64,000 nt of DNA, taken from the IMG/VR virus record IMGVR_UViG_3300031857_000025, one strand, 5' to 3'. The translations under genes were made by a program, and so were the position numbers. Shown here one piece after another: positions 29,922 through 39,966 of the stretch; the first letter of the stretch is position 1; each line of letters starts with the position of its first letter. This DNA comes from a virus. The notes below the pieces were generated by a model, which was not told the origin of the DNA, searched no databases, and saw only the letters and a program-made list of their open reading frames with translations.

Positions 29922-31277
29922 ATGACAGATAGATTAAGTGCCTACGGTTATGCTTTTCAGATAAAAGTTATTACCGCTTTATTTACAGATAAAGCATTTT
30001 TACAACAAATTGCTGATATATTATCAGCCTCGTATTTTGAGAGTGAAGCTAACGAGTGGATTGTAAATACAATTTTAGAGTATCATTTGCAATACAAGAC
30101 AAGTGCAACATTAGAAGTTATGAAAGTAAAACTTCATGAAGTATCTAATGAAGTGCTTGCAACCCAAATTAAAGAACATCTTAAAGATGCATTCCGATAT
30201 ACTCAAGCAGATGACCTAGAGTTTATTAAACAGCAAGCGTTAGATTTTTGTAAGAATCAAGAAATCAAAAAAGCTATCTTATCGGCAGTCGACTTACTTA
30301 AGGTAGGTAGATATGATGACATCAAAGTGCAAATTGATAATGCTTTGAAAGCTGGTGGCGATAAAGAGATAGGTCATGATTACATGACTAGTATAGATGA
30401 ACGATATACAGAGTCTGTTCGTGATACAAAAGAAACGCCATGGGAAATAGTTAATGAATTGACTTCAGGTGGATTAGGTAAAGGTGAGTTAGGAGTATTT
30501 GTAGCTCCTGCAGGTATTGGTAAGTCTTGGGGACTTATTAATATAGGAGCGCATGCGCTTAGGAAAGGAATGACAGTTGTTCATTATACATTGGAGTTGA
30601 ATGAAGCATATGTAGGTTTACGTTATGACTCTGTAGTAACTGGTATTGCTAATCAGAACTTGAAACATTATCAAGATCAAGTTAAGTCTGACTTAAGTAA
30701 ACTAAACGGCGAACTTATTATCAAATATTATCCGACCAAGACAATATCAGTATTAGGATTGAAAGCTCATATTGAAAAATGTATAATGCAAGGAAAGAAG
30801 CCAGATGTCATTATAGTTGACTATGCTGATTTGTTAAGAGGTCATGGTCAAGAGAAACGACATGAGTTGGAAGGTATATATGAAGACCTCCGAGGATTAG
30901 CAGGAGAGTATGAAGTACCGGTATGGACAGCATCTCAAGCAAATAGATCGGCATTGGAAGAGGATGTTATCGGGGCAGAGAAGATTGCCGAGTCTTATGG
31001 TAAGGTAATGGTAGCTGACTTTGTTATATCATTATCTCGTAAGGTGCAAGACAAGTTAGCCGGTACTGGTAGATGGCATGTCATTAAGAATCGTTTCGGT
31101 CCTGATGGTATTACATTGCCAAGTAAAATGAATACTAGTAATGGACAGATTAACATATACGCTGATACATCAGTGCAAGGTAAGGATGCTCAGAAGCAAA
31201 TGGATAATGGAAATGAGTTAGCTCGTAAGATGTTAGCCCGCAAATTCCAAGAAATTCAGAATAATGACTTTGAATAA
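29922..31277 (+). CDS. Replicative DnaB-like helicase (T4 gp41-like)
   Basis: GGLGKGELGVFVAPAGIGKS, YTLEL, IIVDYADL, WTASQANR, KNRFG. Confidence 0.92.
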   Translation: MTDRLSAYGYAFQIKVITALFTDKAFLQQIADILSASYFESEANEWIVNTILEYHLQYKTSATLEVMKVKLHEVSNEVLATQIKEHLKDAFRYTQADDLEFIKQQALDFCKNQEIKKAILSAVDLLKVGRYDDIKVQIDNALKAGGDKEIGHDYMTSIDERYTESVRDTKETPWEIVNELTSGGLGKGELGVFVAPAGIGKSWGLINIGAHALRKGMTVVHYTLELNEAYVGLRYDSVVTGIANQNLKHYQDQVKSDLSKLNGELIIKYYPTKTISVLGLKAHIEKCIMQGKKPDVIIVDYADLLRGHGQEKRHELEGIYEDLRGLAGEYEVPVWTASQANRSALEEDVIGAEKIAESYGKVMVADFVISLSRKVQDKLAGTGRWHVIKNRFGPDGITLPSKMNTSNGQINIYADTSVQGKDAQKQMDNGNELARKMLARKFQEIQNNDFE

Positions 31278-31400
31278 AAAAGTTAAGAAAAAGTTACAAA
31301 AAGCAAACAGATAGCAATGACGACGGCATATTTATGTATAAAATTACGTAGTTTTAAAACAATTTATAACAAAAGATTAATTAAACTTTAAGGGAACATT

Positions 31401-33257
31401 ATGAACGTATCTAATGAAATACTCTCTGATATTACTGTGCATATGAAGTATGCTAAGTATATTCCAGAGTTACATCGCAGAGAGACCTGGGAAGAGCTAG
31501 TGACCAGAAATAAAAACATGCATCAAAAGAAATATCCAAATTTAAGCAATGAAATTGAAGAAGTATATAAGTACGTTTATGATAAAAAGATTTTACCGTC
31601 CATGCGTAGTTTGCAATTTGGTGGTAAGCCAATTGAAATATCACCTAATCGTATATATAATTGTGCTTATCTTCCTATTGATGACTGGAGGGCTTTCGGT
31701 GAAGTAATGTTCCTATTGTTAGGCGGTACGGGTGTAGGGTATTCAGTACAACGTCACCATACTGAGCAATTACCAGAGATACGTAAACCGAATATGGATA
31801 GAGAACGTCGATTCCTTATTGCTGATAGTATCGAAGGTTGGGCAGATGCTGTTAAGGCATTAATGAAATCATATTACCAAGGTGGTTCAAAAATTAAATT
31901 TGATTTTTCTGATATCCGTGCAAAAGGAGCCCGTTTGGTTACGTCAGGCGGTAAAGCACCAGGACCACAACCACTTAAAGAATGTTTAATTAAAATTCAA
32001 GGTATTTTAGATTCAAAAGAAGATGGAGAAAAATTATCACCTATTGAAGTGCACGATGTGGTATGTCACATTGCAGACGCTGTTTTGGCTGGGGGTATAC
32101 GTCGCGCAGCTCTCATATCATTGTTTAGTGCAGATGATGATGAGATGATTGCTTGTAAGTCTGGAGCTTGGTGGGAACTTAATCCACAAAGAGGACGTGC
32201 TAATAATTCGGCAGTATTGATACGCCATAAAGTTACTAAAGAGTTCTTTATGGATCTTTGGAAGCGTGTTGAATTGAGTGGTGCTGGAGAGCCTGGTATT
32301 TATTTATCCAATGATAAAGATTGGGGAACTAATCCATGTTGTGAAATTGCACTTCGTCCTTATCAGTTCTGTAACTTATGTGAAGTAAATGTATCAGATA
32401 TTGAATCTCAAGAAGATTTGAATAACAGAGTTAAGGCAGCTGCGTTTATTGGAACACTTCAAGCAGGTTATACAGACTTCCATTATCTTCGTCCGGTATG
32501 GAGACGTACTACTGAAAAGGATGCATTGATTGGAGTATCAATGACTGGTATTGGATCTGGTACAGTGTTAGGATATAATATGAAAGAAGCTGCTAAGGCA
32601 GTTAAAGAAGAAAATGCTCGTGTAGCATCAATCTTAGGTATTAATTCCGCTGCAAGATCAACTACCGTTAAACCGGCCGGTACTACATCATTAACATTAG
32701 GTACTAGCTCTGGTATTCATGCATGGCATAATGATTATTATATTCGTCGAATTAGAGTAGGTAAGAATGAAGCTATTTATTCATATCTATCAATTTATCA
32801 TCCAGAGTTAATTGAAGATGAATACTTCCGTCCTCATGACACTGCAGTTATTTCAATACCACAGAAAGCACCGGATGGGGCTATCTTAAGAACAGAATCG
32901 CCATTCCAATTATTAGATCGTATTAAACGTATTACTACAGAATGGGTAAGACCTGGACATCGTACTGGTAACAATACTCATAATGTATCAGCGACAGTTT
33001 CATTACGTGAACATGAATGGGACGCGGCCGGTCAATGGATGTGGGATAATCGTGATTACTATAATGGTTTGTCAGTACTTCCTTATGATGGCGGTACATA
33101 TAAACAAGCACCATTCGAAGATATTACAGAGGAACAATTCCATTCTATGATGAAGTCACTTCATAATATTGATTTGTCGAAGGTAATTGAATTAGATGAC
33201 AATACAGATTTGTCGGGTGAGTTAGCATGTGCCGGTGGAGCTTGTGAGATAAAGTAA
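31401..33257 (+). CDS. nrdJ: Class II (adenosylcobalamin-dependent) ribonucleotide reductase
   Basis: NCAY, GGTGVGYSV, GGIRRAALISL, TNPCCEI...FCNLCEVN, TTVKPAGT and C-terminal CAGGAC. No small-subunit gene adjacent. Confidence 0.9.
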   Translation: MNVSNEILSDITVHMKYAKYIPELHRRETWEELVTRNKNMHQKKYPNLSNEIEEVYKYVYDKKILPSMRSLQFGGKPIEISPNRIYNCAYLPIDDWRAFGEVMFLLLGGTGVGYSVQRHHTEQLPEIRKPNMDRERRFLIADSIEGWADAVKALMKSYYQGGSKIKFDFSDIRAKGARLVTSGGKAPGPQPLKECLIKIQGILDSKEDGEKLSPIEVHDVVCHIADAVLAGGIRRAALISLFSADDDEMIACKSGAWWELNPQRGRANNSAVLIRHKVTKEFFMDLWKRVELSGAGEPGIYLSNDKDWGTNPCCEIALRPYQFCNLCEVNVSDIESQEDLNNRVKAAAFIGTLQAGYTDFHYLRPVWRRTTEKDALIGVSMTGIGSGTVLGYNMKEAAKAVKEENARVASILGINSAARSTTVKPAGTTSLTLGTSSGIHAWHNDYYIRRIRVGKNEAIYSYLSIYHPELIEDEYFRPHDTAVISIPQKAPDGAILRTESPFQLLDRIKRITTEWVRPGHRTGNNTHNVSATVSLREHEWDAAGQWMWDNRDYYNGLSVLPYDGGTYKQAPFEDITEEQFHSMMKSLHNIDLSKVIELDDNTDLSGELACAGGACEIK

Positions 33258-33427
33258 TGAGACCTGATGATTGGATAAGTCAACTCCATATGGAAGAGAC
33301 AATGCAAGATTATTACAAGGAAAATGGGCGTGTAGTTTTTACCGCCCACTTTCTGCGTAAACGGGGATATTGTTGCAGTAACGGATGTCGTCATTGCCCA
33401 TATACTGATATTTATAATAAAGGATAA
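33257..33427 (+). CDS. Small Cys-rich protein (DUF5522-like), not in the ORF track
   Basis: 56 aa: MRPDDWISQLHMEETMQDYYKENGRVVFTAHFLRKRGYCCSNGCRHCPYTDIYNKG. TAATG-coupled to nrdJ. Confidence 0.75.
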   Translation: MRPDDWISQLHMEETMQDYYKENGRVVFTAHFLRKRGYCCSNGCRHCPYTDIYNKG

Positions 33428-33428
33428 C

Positions 33429-33857
33429 ATGATTAAATTAACAACTTTAATTCGTGAAAATGAAGCAGCAAAATGTCCTATTGCTACCCAAGATATCAAT
33501 GTAAACTTACAAAACAGACAAAAGGGTATCAATGAATATGGTTACGGTCCGTTGAACCCAAATGAACCAAATGAATCATTTTGGGCTGATAAGCAAGAGA
33601 AATGGAAACTAGATTCGCCAGAAGATGCTAAAAAATCATTATGTGGTAATTGTGCTGCATTTGATATTACTAGTAAAACATTGAATTGTATTGCTATTGG
33701 TATCGGTGACGATCAAGGAACTGAAGATCCTCATGATGTTATTGAAGCTGGCGAGTTAGGATATTGTAGATTCTTAAAATTCAAATGTGCTGCTAAACGT
33801 ACCTGTGATGCATGGGTAGTCGGTGGACCAATTACTGATGATAAACAAGCTAAATGA
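33429..33857 (+). CDS. Cys-rich protein with MIKLTTLIRE leader (possibly metal or Fe-S binding)
   Basis: CGNCAAF...GYC...KC...TCDAW; preceded by ATATTTATA (33408) and AAGGA. Confidence 0.6.
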   Translation: MIKLTTLIRENEAAKCPIATQDINVNLQNRQKGINEYGYGPLNPNEPNESFWADKQEKWKLDSPEDAKKSLCGNCAAFDITSKTLNCIAIGIGDDQGTEDPHDVIEAGELGYCRFLKFKCAAKRTCDAWVVGGPITDDKQAK

Positions 33858-34311
33858 GTGGATGGCATTTATACAAATGCCTAGAACAGAACTTGGTGGG
33901 TTTGCTATATGTCCATATGCAAGACAAGCTATCATACAAAAGTCATATGATATACAGTATACAAATGTAAATAGTGTTACTAGTATATTAGATGATATTG
34001 ATATCACTAAAAATGATGTTACTATACTTGTAATAGATGATTATATGAACTATGATATGGAGTATTTAGTTAATCATACTATGGAATTAAATCAAAAATA
34101 TAAAATGCAGGATATTGTTATACTTGATAATGACCCTAGATCACCTATGGATATTAATGGTGTAGTATCAACATTTGAACATGCATATCTTTGGATTATA
34201 CAATCACTCAGTGATCTAACAAGTAAAAGTCGACAATTAAGTAAAACAAATTATTATAGCTTTTGGACTCAACAGCAAATTGATGAAGTTGTTACATGGA
34301 GAAAAAAATAG
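33838..34311 (+). CDS. Hypothetical protein (DUF1415-like CPYA motif)
   Basis: EW..F...P..ELGGFAICPYAR...Q.LS.L...S..L.K..YY..W; ATG 33838 is in frame with the track ORF. Confidence 0.55.
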   Translation: MINKLNEWMAFIQMPRTELGGFAICPYARQAIIQKSYDIQYTNVNSVTSILDDIDITKNDVTILVIDDYMNYDMEYLVNHTMELNQKYKMQDIVILDNDPRSPMDINGVVSTFEHAYLWIIQSLSDLTSKSRQLSKTNYYSFWTQQQIDEVVTWRKK

Positions 34312-34320
34312 AAAATAAAT

Positions 34321-34352
34321 TTGGAATAATAAAAGAAAGTATTTATATTTAG
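34321..34352 (+). promoter_or_regulatory. Early/middle promoter of the que/polB operon
   Basis: TTGGAA-N17-TATATTTAG. Confidence 0.6.
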
Positions 34353-34373
34353 ATAAATTAAAAATAATAAGTT

Positions 34374-34661
34374 ATGTTTAAATTCAAAGATGTAGAAGTA
34401 ACCTTCGATATGAAGCAGTTACCGTTTTATGATCAAGAGTATCTTAAAACAATGTGTTATGAAACAGTGAATGCAAAGTCTTATATGCATTCCGGAAAGA
34501 GTTTTAATGAATTGTATAAGAGTGCTAACAACTTTACTATCTTCAGTGATGACAGTACTATGCATAGCTATATGTCAGAATTTGCAGGTAAAGTTGCTAA
34601 TACAGCTTCGCATTTGTTACATGGTAAAAAATACTATTTCGCTTGGACTTATAAAAAATAA
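34374..34661 (+). CDS. Hypothetical protein, first gene of the que operon
   Basis: 95 aa, downstream of the promoter TTGGAA-N17-TATATT (34321-34349). Confidence 0.6.
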   Translation: MFKFKDVEVTFDMKQLPFYDQEYLKTMCYETVNAKSYMHSGKSFNELYKSANNFTIFSDDSTMHSYMSEFAGKVANTASHLLHGKKYYFAWTYKK

Positions 34662-34663
34662 AG

Positions 34664-35149
34664 GTGTATATGACAAGATATGTCTCAACAAAGCTATTCG
34701 AAAACTACTCTGTCGCTATTCGTCAATGGAAAGCACAACATTCTCATTGCCAACTATTACATGGTTATGCTTTGAAGTTCAAAGTATGGTTTGCTAGTAA
34801 TGAGCCAGATATTGATAACCAATTAGATGATATGAATTGGATTGTTGATTATGGTGGATTTAAAACTCCGCCTCAGGGTAATGGACTAAAAGATTGGATG
34901 AATCATATGTGGGATCATACAACATTAATTCAAAAGGATGATCCTTACCGTGATTTGTTTGAATCTATGCAAATGGAAGGTATATGTAAAGTGCACTTCC
35001 TAGATAAAATGGGAGCGGAGAGTTGTGCTCGTTTAGTATATGAACATTTCAATAAGGTATTATCTAATACTGATGCTGGTAGATGTAAATGTATTAAAGT
35101 AGAATGTTTTGAAAATGATAGTAACAGTTCAATTTACGAAGAAATATGA
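34664..35149 (+). CDS. queD: 6-carboxy-5,6,7,8-tetrahydropterin synthase
   Basis: HCQLLHGY, IVDYG, WDHTTL, GAES.AR and C-terminal FEND.NS (T-fold); adjacent to queE. Confidence 0.88.
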   Translation: MYMTRYVSTKLFENYSVAIRQWKAQHSHCQLLHGYALKFKVWFASNEPDIDNQLDDMNWIVDYGGFKTPPQGNGLKDWMNHMWDHTTLIQKDDPYRDLFESMQMEGICKVHFLDKMGAESCARLVYEHFNKVLSNTDAGRCKCIKVECFENDSNSSIYEEI

Positions 35150-35928
35150 AACCAGGTAGAATAACAGATTATAATAAACAGTTACCAATAGTAGAATTAT
35201 ATTATTGTGTACAGTCAGAGGGTAGCCGTTCTGGTATGCCAACCGTATGTGTACGTACTACCGGATGTACTCATAGATGCTGGTTCGGAGAAGGCGGATG
35301 GTGTGATTCATGGTATACTAGTATTCATCCAGAGAAAGGAGGATTTAGTTTTAATGATATCAAAAAGATGTATGATGATCGTCCAGATATCAAAGAAATG
35401 ATGTTAACAGGTGGTTCACCTACTATGCATCCTGATCTAGTAAATGAATTAACTCATTTTGCTAATGAACGTGGTATTTTAATTACAATGGAAACGGAAG
35501 GTAGTCATTTCATTGAAACAGATTATCCAATTGGATTGATTTCATTGTCACCTAAGTTTAGTAATAGCGTACCTAAGGTCGGCGTTGCAACTCCTAAAGG
35601 AGCTACTACTGATCAGCGTATGATAGATCAACATAATAAGTTTCGTCTTAAGTATGATGTGATGAAACAGATGATTGCTTATCATTCTGATTATCATTTC
35701 AAGCCAGTATGTAATCCTACGGAAATGCCTGAGGTATGGGAAGAAATAGAAAAAGCTAGAGAAACATTAGGAATTCCAAAAAATAAAACTTATATTATGC
35801 CTCCAGGTGATAATAGAGATGAACTTATCAGAGTATATCCAATGGTAATGGACTTCTGTAGAGATAATGGATTTAATTTTACAGGTCGAGAGCATATCAT
35901 TGCTTTTGATACTAAACGATGTGTATAA
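35146..35928 (+). CDS. queE: 7-carboxy-7-deazaguanine synthase (radical SAM)
   Basis: ELYYCVQSEG, VRTTGCTHRC-x7-CDS, LTGGSP, METEG, SLSPK, REH. Confidence 0.9.
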   Translation: MKPGRITDYNKQLPIVELYYCVQSEGSRSGMPTVCVRTTGCTHRCWFGEGGWCDSWYTSIHPEKGGFSFNDIKKMYDDRPDIKEMMLTGGSPTMHPDLVNELTHFANERGILITMETEGSHFIETDYPIGLISLSPKFSNSVPKVGVATPKGATTDQRMIDQHNKFRLKYDVMKQMIAYHSDYHFKPVCNPTEMPEVWEEIEKARETLGIPKNKTYIMPPGDNRDELIRVYPMVMDFCRDNGFNFTGREHIIAFDTKRCV

Positions 35929-35942
35929 AAAGGAGAATAGTT

Positions 35943-36239
35943 ATGAACATGAAACCAATGGGCGACCAGGTGTTGCTGAAAGAAAGAGAAAAGAAAGAAA
36001 AAACGACTTCAGGTATTATTCTTATGAATGGAGCTGAAGGTTACTATGTAACGGCAGATGTTATTGCAGTAGGTGATGGTTTGTTTACTCAAACCGGAGA
36101 TCGTATTCCAATGACAGTCAAGCCAGGTGACATTGTTATGATACATAAGAATGACACTACAGATAATAAAAAAGTAAAAATTGATGATCAGGAGTATGTA
36201 CTAGTACGTGAATCTGATATCGCAATGTATCAACAATAA
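35943..36239 (+). CDS. groES: Co-chaperonin GroES
   Basis: MKPMGDQVL...TTSGII...VIAVGDG...VKPGD.V...YVLVRESDI; SD AGGAG before ATG 35943. Confidence 0.9.
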   Translation: MNMKPMGDQVLLKEREKKEKTTSGIILMNGAEGYYVTADVIAVGDGLFTQTGDRIPMTVKPGDIVMIHKNDTTDNKKVKIDDQEYVLVRESDIAMYQQ

Positions 36240-36240
36240 T

Positions 36241-36960
36241 ATGGCAGAAAAGAAACAATTAGGTAACTCGTTAGAAACTGTACAATCAGGATTTGCTAAC
36301 GGTGTATCAAGTCATTTGGCAAAGAAACAAGCTCTCGAAGGTCCAAATGCTAAACTATCACAAGACGAAAAGCAACAAATTATCGATGAAGCTGCATATT
36401 ACTTTGCAAAGTTTTTATCGGCATTAGGTGTTGATTGGGAGAATGATCCTAATTCAAATGATACACCTCGACGTGTTGCAAAGGCATATGTAAATGATTT
36501 ATGGGCAGGTCGATTCAATTCGGCTCCGGAGATTACAGCATTTCCTAGTGACGGATATGATGGTATAGTATTTGAGGGGGGTATTCCATTGACTTCAATG
36601 TGTTCGCATCATCATCAGACTATTATGGGTAGAATCCATGTAGCATATATTCCAGGTGAGAATGGTAAGGTTGTAGGTTTAAGTAAACTTAATCGTATTG
36701 TTGAGCATTTTGGAAGACGTGGTGCAATACAAGAACAGTTAACAGTTGCCATTCATAATGCAGTTAATACTATTATTGAAGACAATAAAGGTGTAGCTGT
36801 TATGGTAGAGGCTACTCATAACTGTGTACAATGTCGTGGTGTTAAACATGGCGGAGCTAGTATGAAGACATCTAAACTAACTGGTGCATTCAAAGAAGAT
36901 CCAGCTACAAGAAATGAGTTTTATGAATTTATAAGAGGTTATGGAAATACTAATTCCTGA
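36241..36960 (+). CDS. folE: GTP cyclohydrolase I
   Basis: DTPRRVAK, SMCSHHH, VAYIP, VGLSKLNR, IQEQLT, HNCVQCRGV. Confidence 0.93.
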   Translation: MAEKKQLGNSLETVQSGFANGVSSHLAKKQALEGPNAKLSQDEKQQIIDEAAYYFAKFLSALGVDWENDPNSNDTPRRVAKAYVNDLWAGRFNSAPEITAFPSDGYDGIVFEGGIPLTSMCSHHHQTIMGRIHVAYIPGENGKVVGLSKLNRIVEHFGRRGAIQEQLTVAIHNAVNTIIEDNKGVAVMVEATHNCVQCRGVKHGGASMKTSKLTGAFKEDPATRNEFYEFIRGYGNTNS

Positions 36961-37444
36961 ATATAAAATTGAGCGTAGAGTAAGAGCTCTAGCTCATAAG
37001 ATTACAGAAGATCATAGGAACAGTGGTAATTCATTGCCACCTGTACTAGTCTGTGTATTAAACGGTGCGTTCATGTTCTTTTCTGATTTAGTTAAGGACA
37101 TGGGTACGGATTGTGAAATCGATTTTATTAGACCTAAGTCATACCATGGCCAAGATAATTCCGGTGGTGTTAAATTTTATAAGGAATTAGAATTGGATCT
37201 TAAAGGTAAGCGGGTTTATATTATTGAGGATATTGTCGATACTGGTTCTACTATGTTAGAGATTTTACAAAAGGTAGATGATCGCCGACCCGCCGAAATA
37301 CGAGTTGTTACATTGGTACATCGTAAAGGAAGTAAGCATCATGTTGACTTTAATGCCTTTGAAATTGAAGATGAGTGGGTAGTTGGATATGGACTCGATG
37401 ATAACGGATTAAAAAGAAACTATAGAAACATTTATAAGAAATAA
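36941..37444 (+). CDS. hpt: Hypoxanthine/guanine phosphoribosyltransferase
   Basis: VCVLNGAFMFFSDL, KSY, PRPP-binding motif VYIIEDIVDTGST, WVVGYGLD, RN. Confidence 0.9.
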   Translation: MEILIPEYKIERRVRALAHKITEDHRNSGNSLPPVLVCVLNGAFMFFSDLVKDMGTDCEIDFIRPKSYHGQDNSGGVKFYKELELDLKGKRVYIIEDIVDTGSTMLEILQKVDDRRPAEIRVVTLVHRKGSKHHVDFNAFEIEDEWVVGYGLDDNGLKRNYRNIYKK

Positions 37445-39915
37445 TGTACCAAGCAGTAGCATATCAACAAAGGACTAATACTGTCCATATTTGGGATGAC
37501 CAGAAAGGTCATTTGCAGATCAAGTATAAACCATATGCATATCGTAAATCAAGTTACGGTAAGTATGTAGCATTAGATGGTAATACTGTCGATAAAGTAT
37601 TTCAGTTTGACAAAGAAGAAGAAGGACTATACGAGGCAGATATTAATCCGGAGACAAGAACATTAATTGATATGTATACAGATTCAGATGATTTATCTAT
37701 AGGTCATAGTACCATGTTTATAGATATTGAGGTTGATATTGAAAACGGATTTCCTACTCCAGAAGAAGCTCAGAATGAAGTAACATCAATTGCAATTTAT
37801 GACCAGGCCGGCGATAATCGAAAGGTATGGGTGCTAGATAAGGCAGGAGTAGTGACATCCACCAACTTAATTACATCATGTCGTACAGAGTATGAATTGT
37901 TACAACAGTTCTTATTAAGTTACTATGAGATCAAGCCAACTATTATTACTGGATGGAATATTGATTTCTTTGATATTCCGTATTTGTATAATCGTATGTG
38001 TAAGATATTAGGTGAGAATATTGCCCGTACATTATCTCCTATTAAAGATGTCATATGGCTGAAACATCGTAACAGATATCGAATCTCCGGAGTTAGTTGT
38101 TTAGATTACTTAGCATTATATAAAAACTTTACTTATTCAGAAGAGTCTAGTTATTCTTTAGAAGCTATATCTCAAAAAGAATTAGGCAGAGGTAAGCTTA
38201 AGTATGATGGTAACCTTAATGATTTAATGCGTACGGATATCAATAAGTATGTAGAGTATAACTTAAATGACGTTGAGCTGGTACTTGAGATTGATAACAA
38301 GATGAAATTGTTAGACTTGGCTCGAGGTATTTGTCATAAAGGGCATGTACCATATGAGGATGTATATTTCTCTACTAGATACTTAGATGGCGCATCATTA
38401 ACTTATCTTAAACGCTTAGATATTGTCGCTCCAAGTAAAAGACCTAGAGAAGAAGGACAAGGTGTTGATCTGTTAGGAGCATACGTTAAGGTACCTGTAC
38501 CGGGGCGTTATAAATGGATATACGACCTTGACTTAACCTCGCTATATCCTAGTATCATTATGACACTTAACATTTCACCTGAAACGAAATTGTTTAAGTT
38601 AGATAAATTTGATGGTAAGGAATATGTAAAGAATACTGGTACTCATTATTCATATCGTGATACTGGTTGGGCTACAAGTGAAGAATTACGTAATCATCTA
38701 GAGACGAACAAGTATTCAATTGCAGCTAATGGAGTTGTATATAAGACAGATGAAAAAGGATTCATACCATCTATTCTTGAGAAGTGGTTTAAAGAACGTG
38801 TTGATTATAAGAATCTTAAGAAGAAGTATGAAAAGGAAGGAGATAAAGCCAAGGCAGAATACTTTGATAGATTACAGTTAGTGACGAAGATCTTGCTTAA
38901 CTCATTCTATGGAGCGTTAGGTAATGCCGGATTCCGATTCTTTGATCCTGATAATGCAGTGGCTGTAACAAGTACGGGTCAGCAGTTAATTAAGTTTACG
39001 GCTGATATTGGTAATATGTTTTATAAGAAAGAGTTAGGAGTTGAAAAAGATTATTGTATTTATACAGATACAGATTCAACTTTCTTTTCATCATTACCTA
39101 TCATACAGAAACGATATCCAGATGGTAATATAACAGATGAACAATGGATGGCAGAAAAGACTATTGAAGTAGCTAATGAAGTACAAGCATTTATCAATAA
39201 GTCATATGATATGTACGCCAGTAAGTTCCATAATGTTAATACTCATAGATTTGATATTAAGCAAGAGTTTGTAGCCAAGGCAGGTATTTGGATTGCCAAG
39301 AAACGATATGCCCAATGGCTAATCAATCAGGAAGGTCATACTATATCTCGTTTGGATGTTAAAGGTATGGACGTTGTTAGATCAAGTTTCCCAGTAGCGT
39401 TCCGTAAGTTCATGTCTGAGGTATTGAAAGATATCTTAAATGATATTGATAAGACTGCATTGGATACCAAGATCTTAAATTTCAAAGATAACCTAAAGAC
39501 ATTACCGATATTAGATATCATGGCACCTACTGGTGTTAAAGAGATAAGCAAGTATACTACTAAGCATGCTAAGCCATTTGCAATGCGACCAAAAGGTACT
39601 CCGGTCCATGTTAAATCAGCATTAAACTATAATGATCTTCTTAAGCATCATAGTATTACAAATATTCGTGAGATCATGGACGGTGAAAAGATTAAATGGT
39701 GTTACATAAAAACAAATCCATTGAACTTGGATTCATGTGCATTGAAAGGATATGATGATCCAGAACCTATATGGAATTTTGTAGAACAGTATATAGACCA
39801 TGATAAAATCTTTAAGTCAGCATTTCAAAATAAACTAAATGACTTCTATCAGGCACTTAATTGGGGTAGTGTTCCTGAGAATAACAATATGGCAAAATTC
39901 TTTAGTTTTTCTTAG
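37444..39915 (+). CDS. Family-B DNA polymerase (T4 gp43-like)
   Basis: Exonuclease motifs DIE, TGWNIDFFD and YNLNDV; polymerase motifs DLTSLYPS, KILLNSFYG, YTDTDS and KKRY. Confidence 0.95.
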   Translation: MYQAVAYQQRTNTVHIWDDQKGHLQIKYKPYAYRKSSYGKYVALDGNTVDKVFQFDKEEEGLYEADINPETRTLIDMYTDSDDLSIGHSTMFIDIEVDIENGFPTPEEAQNEVTSIAIYDQAGDNRKVWVLDKAGVVTSTNLITSCRTEYELLQQFLLSYYEIKPTIITGWNIDFFDIPYLYNRMCKILGENIARTLSPIKDVIWLKHRNRYRISGVSCLDYLALYKNFTYSEESSYSLEAISQKELGRGKLKYDGNLNDLMRTDINKYVEYNLNDVELVLEIDNKMKLLDLARGICHKGHVPYEDVYFSTRYLDGASLTYLKRLDIVAPSKRPREEGQGVDLLGAYVKVPVPGRYKWIYDLDLTSLYPSIIMTLNISPETKLFKLDKFDGKEYVKNTGTHYSYRDTGWATSEELRNHLETNKYSIAANGVVYKTDEKGFIPSILEKWFKERVDYKNLKKKYEKEGDKAKAEYFDRLQLVTKILLNSFYGALGNAGFRFFDPDNAVAVTSTGQQLIKFTADIGNMFYKKELGVEKDYCIYTDTDSTFFSSLPIIQKRYPDGNITDEQWMAEKTIEVANEVQAFINKSYDMYASKFHNVNTHRFDIKQEFVAKAGIWIAKKRYAQWLINQEGHTISRLDVKGMDVVRSSFPVAFRKFMSEVLKDILNDIDKTALDTKILNFKDNLKTLPILDIMAPTGVKEISKYTTKHAKPFAMRPKGTPVHVKSALNYNDLLKHHSITNIREIMDGEKIKWCYIKTNPLNLDSCALKGYDDPEPIWNFVEQYIDHDKIFKSAFQNKLNDFYQALNWGSVPENNNMAKFFSFS

Positions 39916-39944
39916 GTTTTTTAAGAGTTTGTATTTATATTTAG
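39913..39944 (+). promoter_or_regulatory. Early/middle promoter of the ORF-GT-dpdA-clamp operon
   Basis: TAGGTT-N17-TATATTTAG. Confidence 0.5.
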
Positions 39945-39966
39945 TCAAATTAAAAAATAATAAGTT

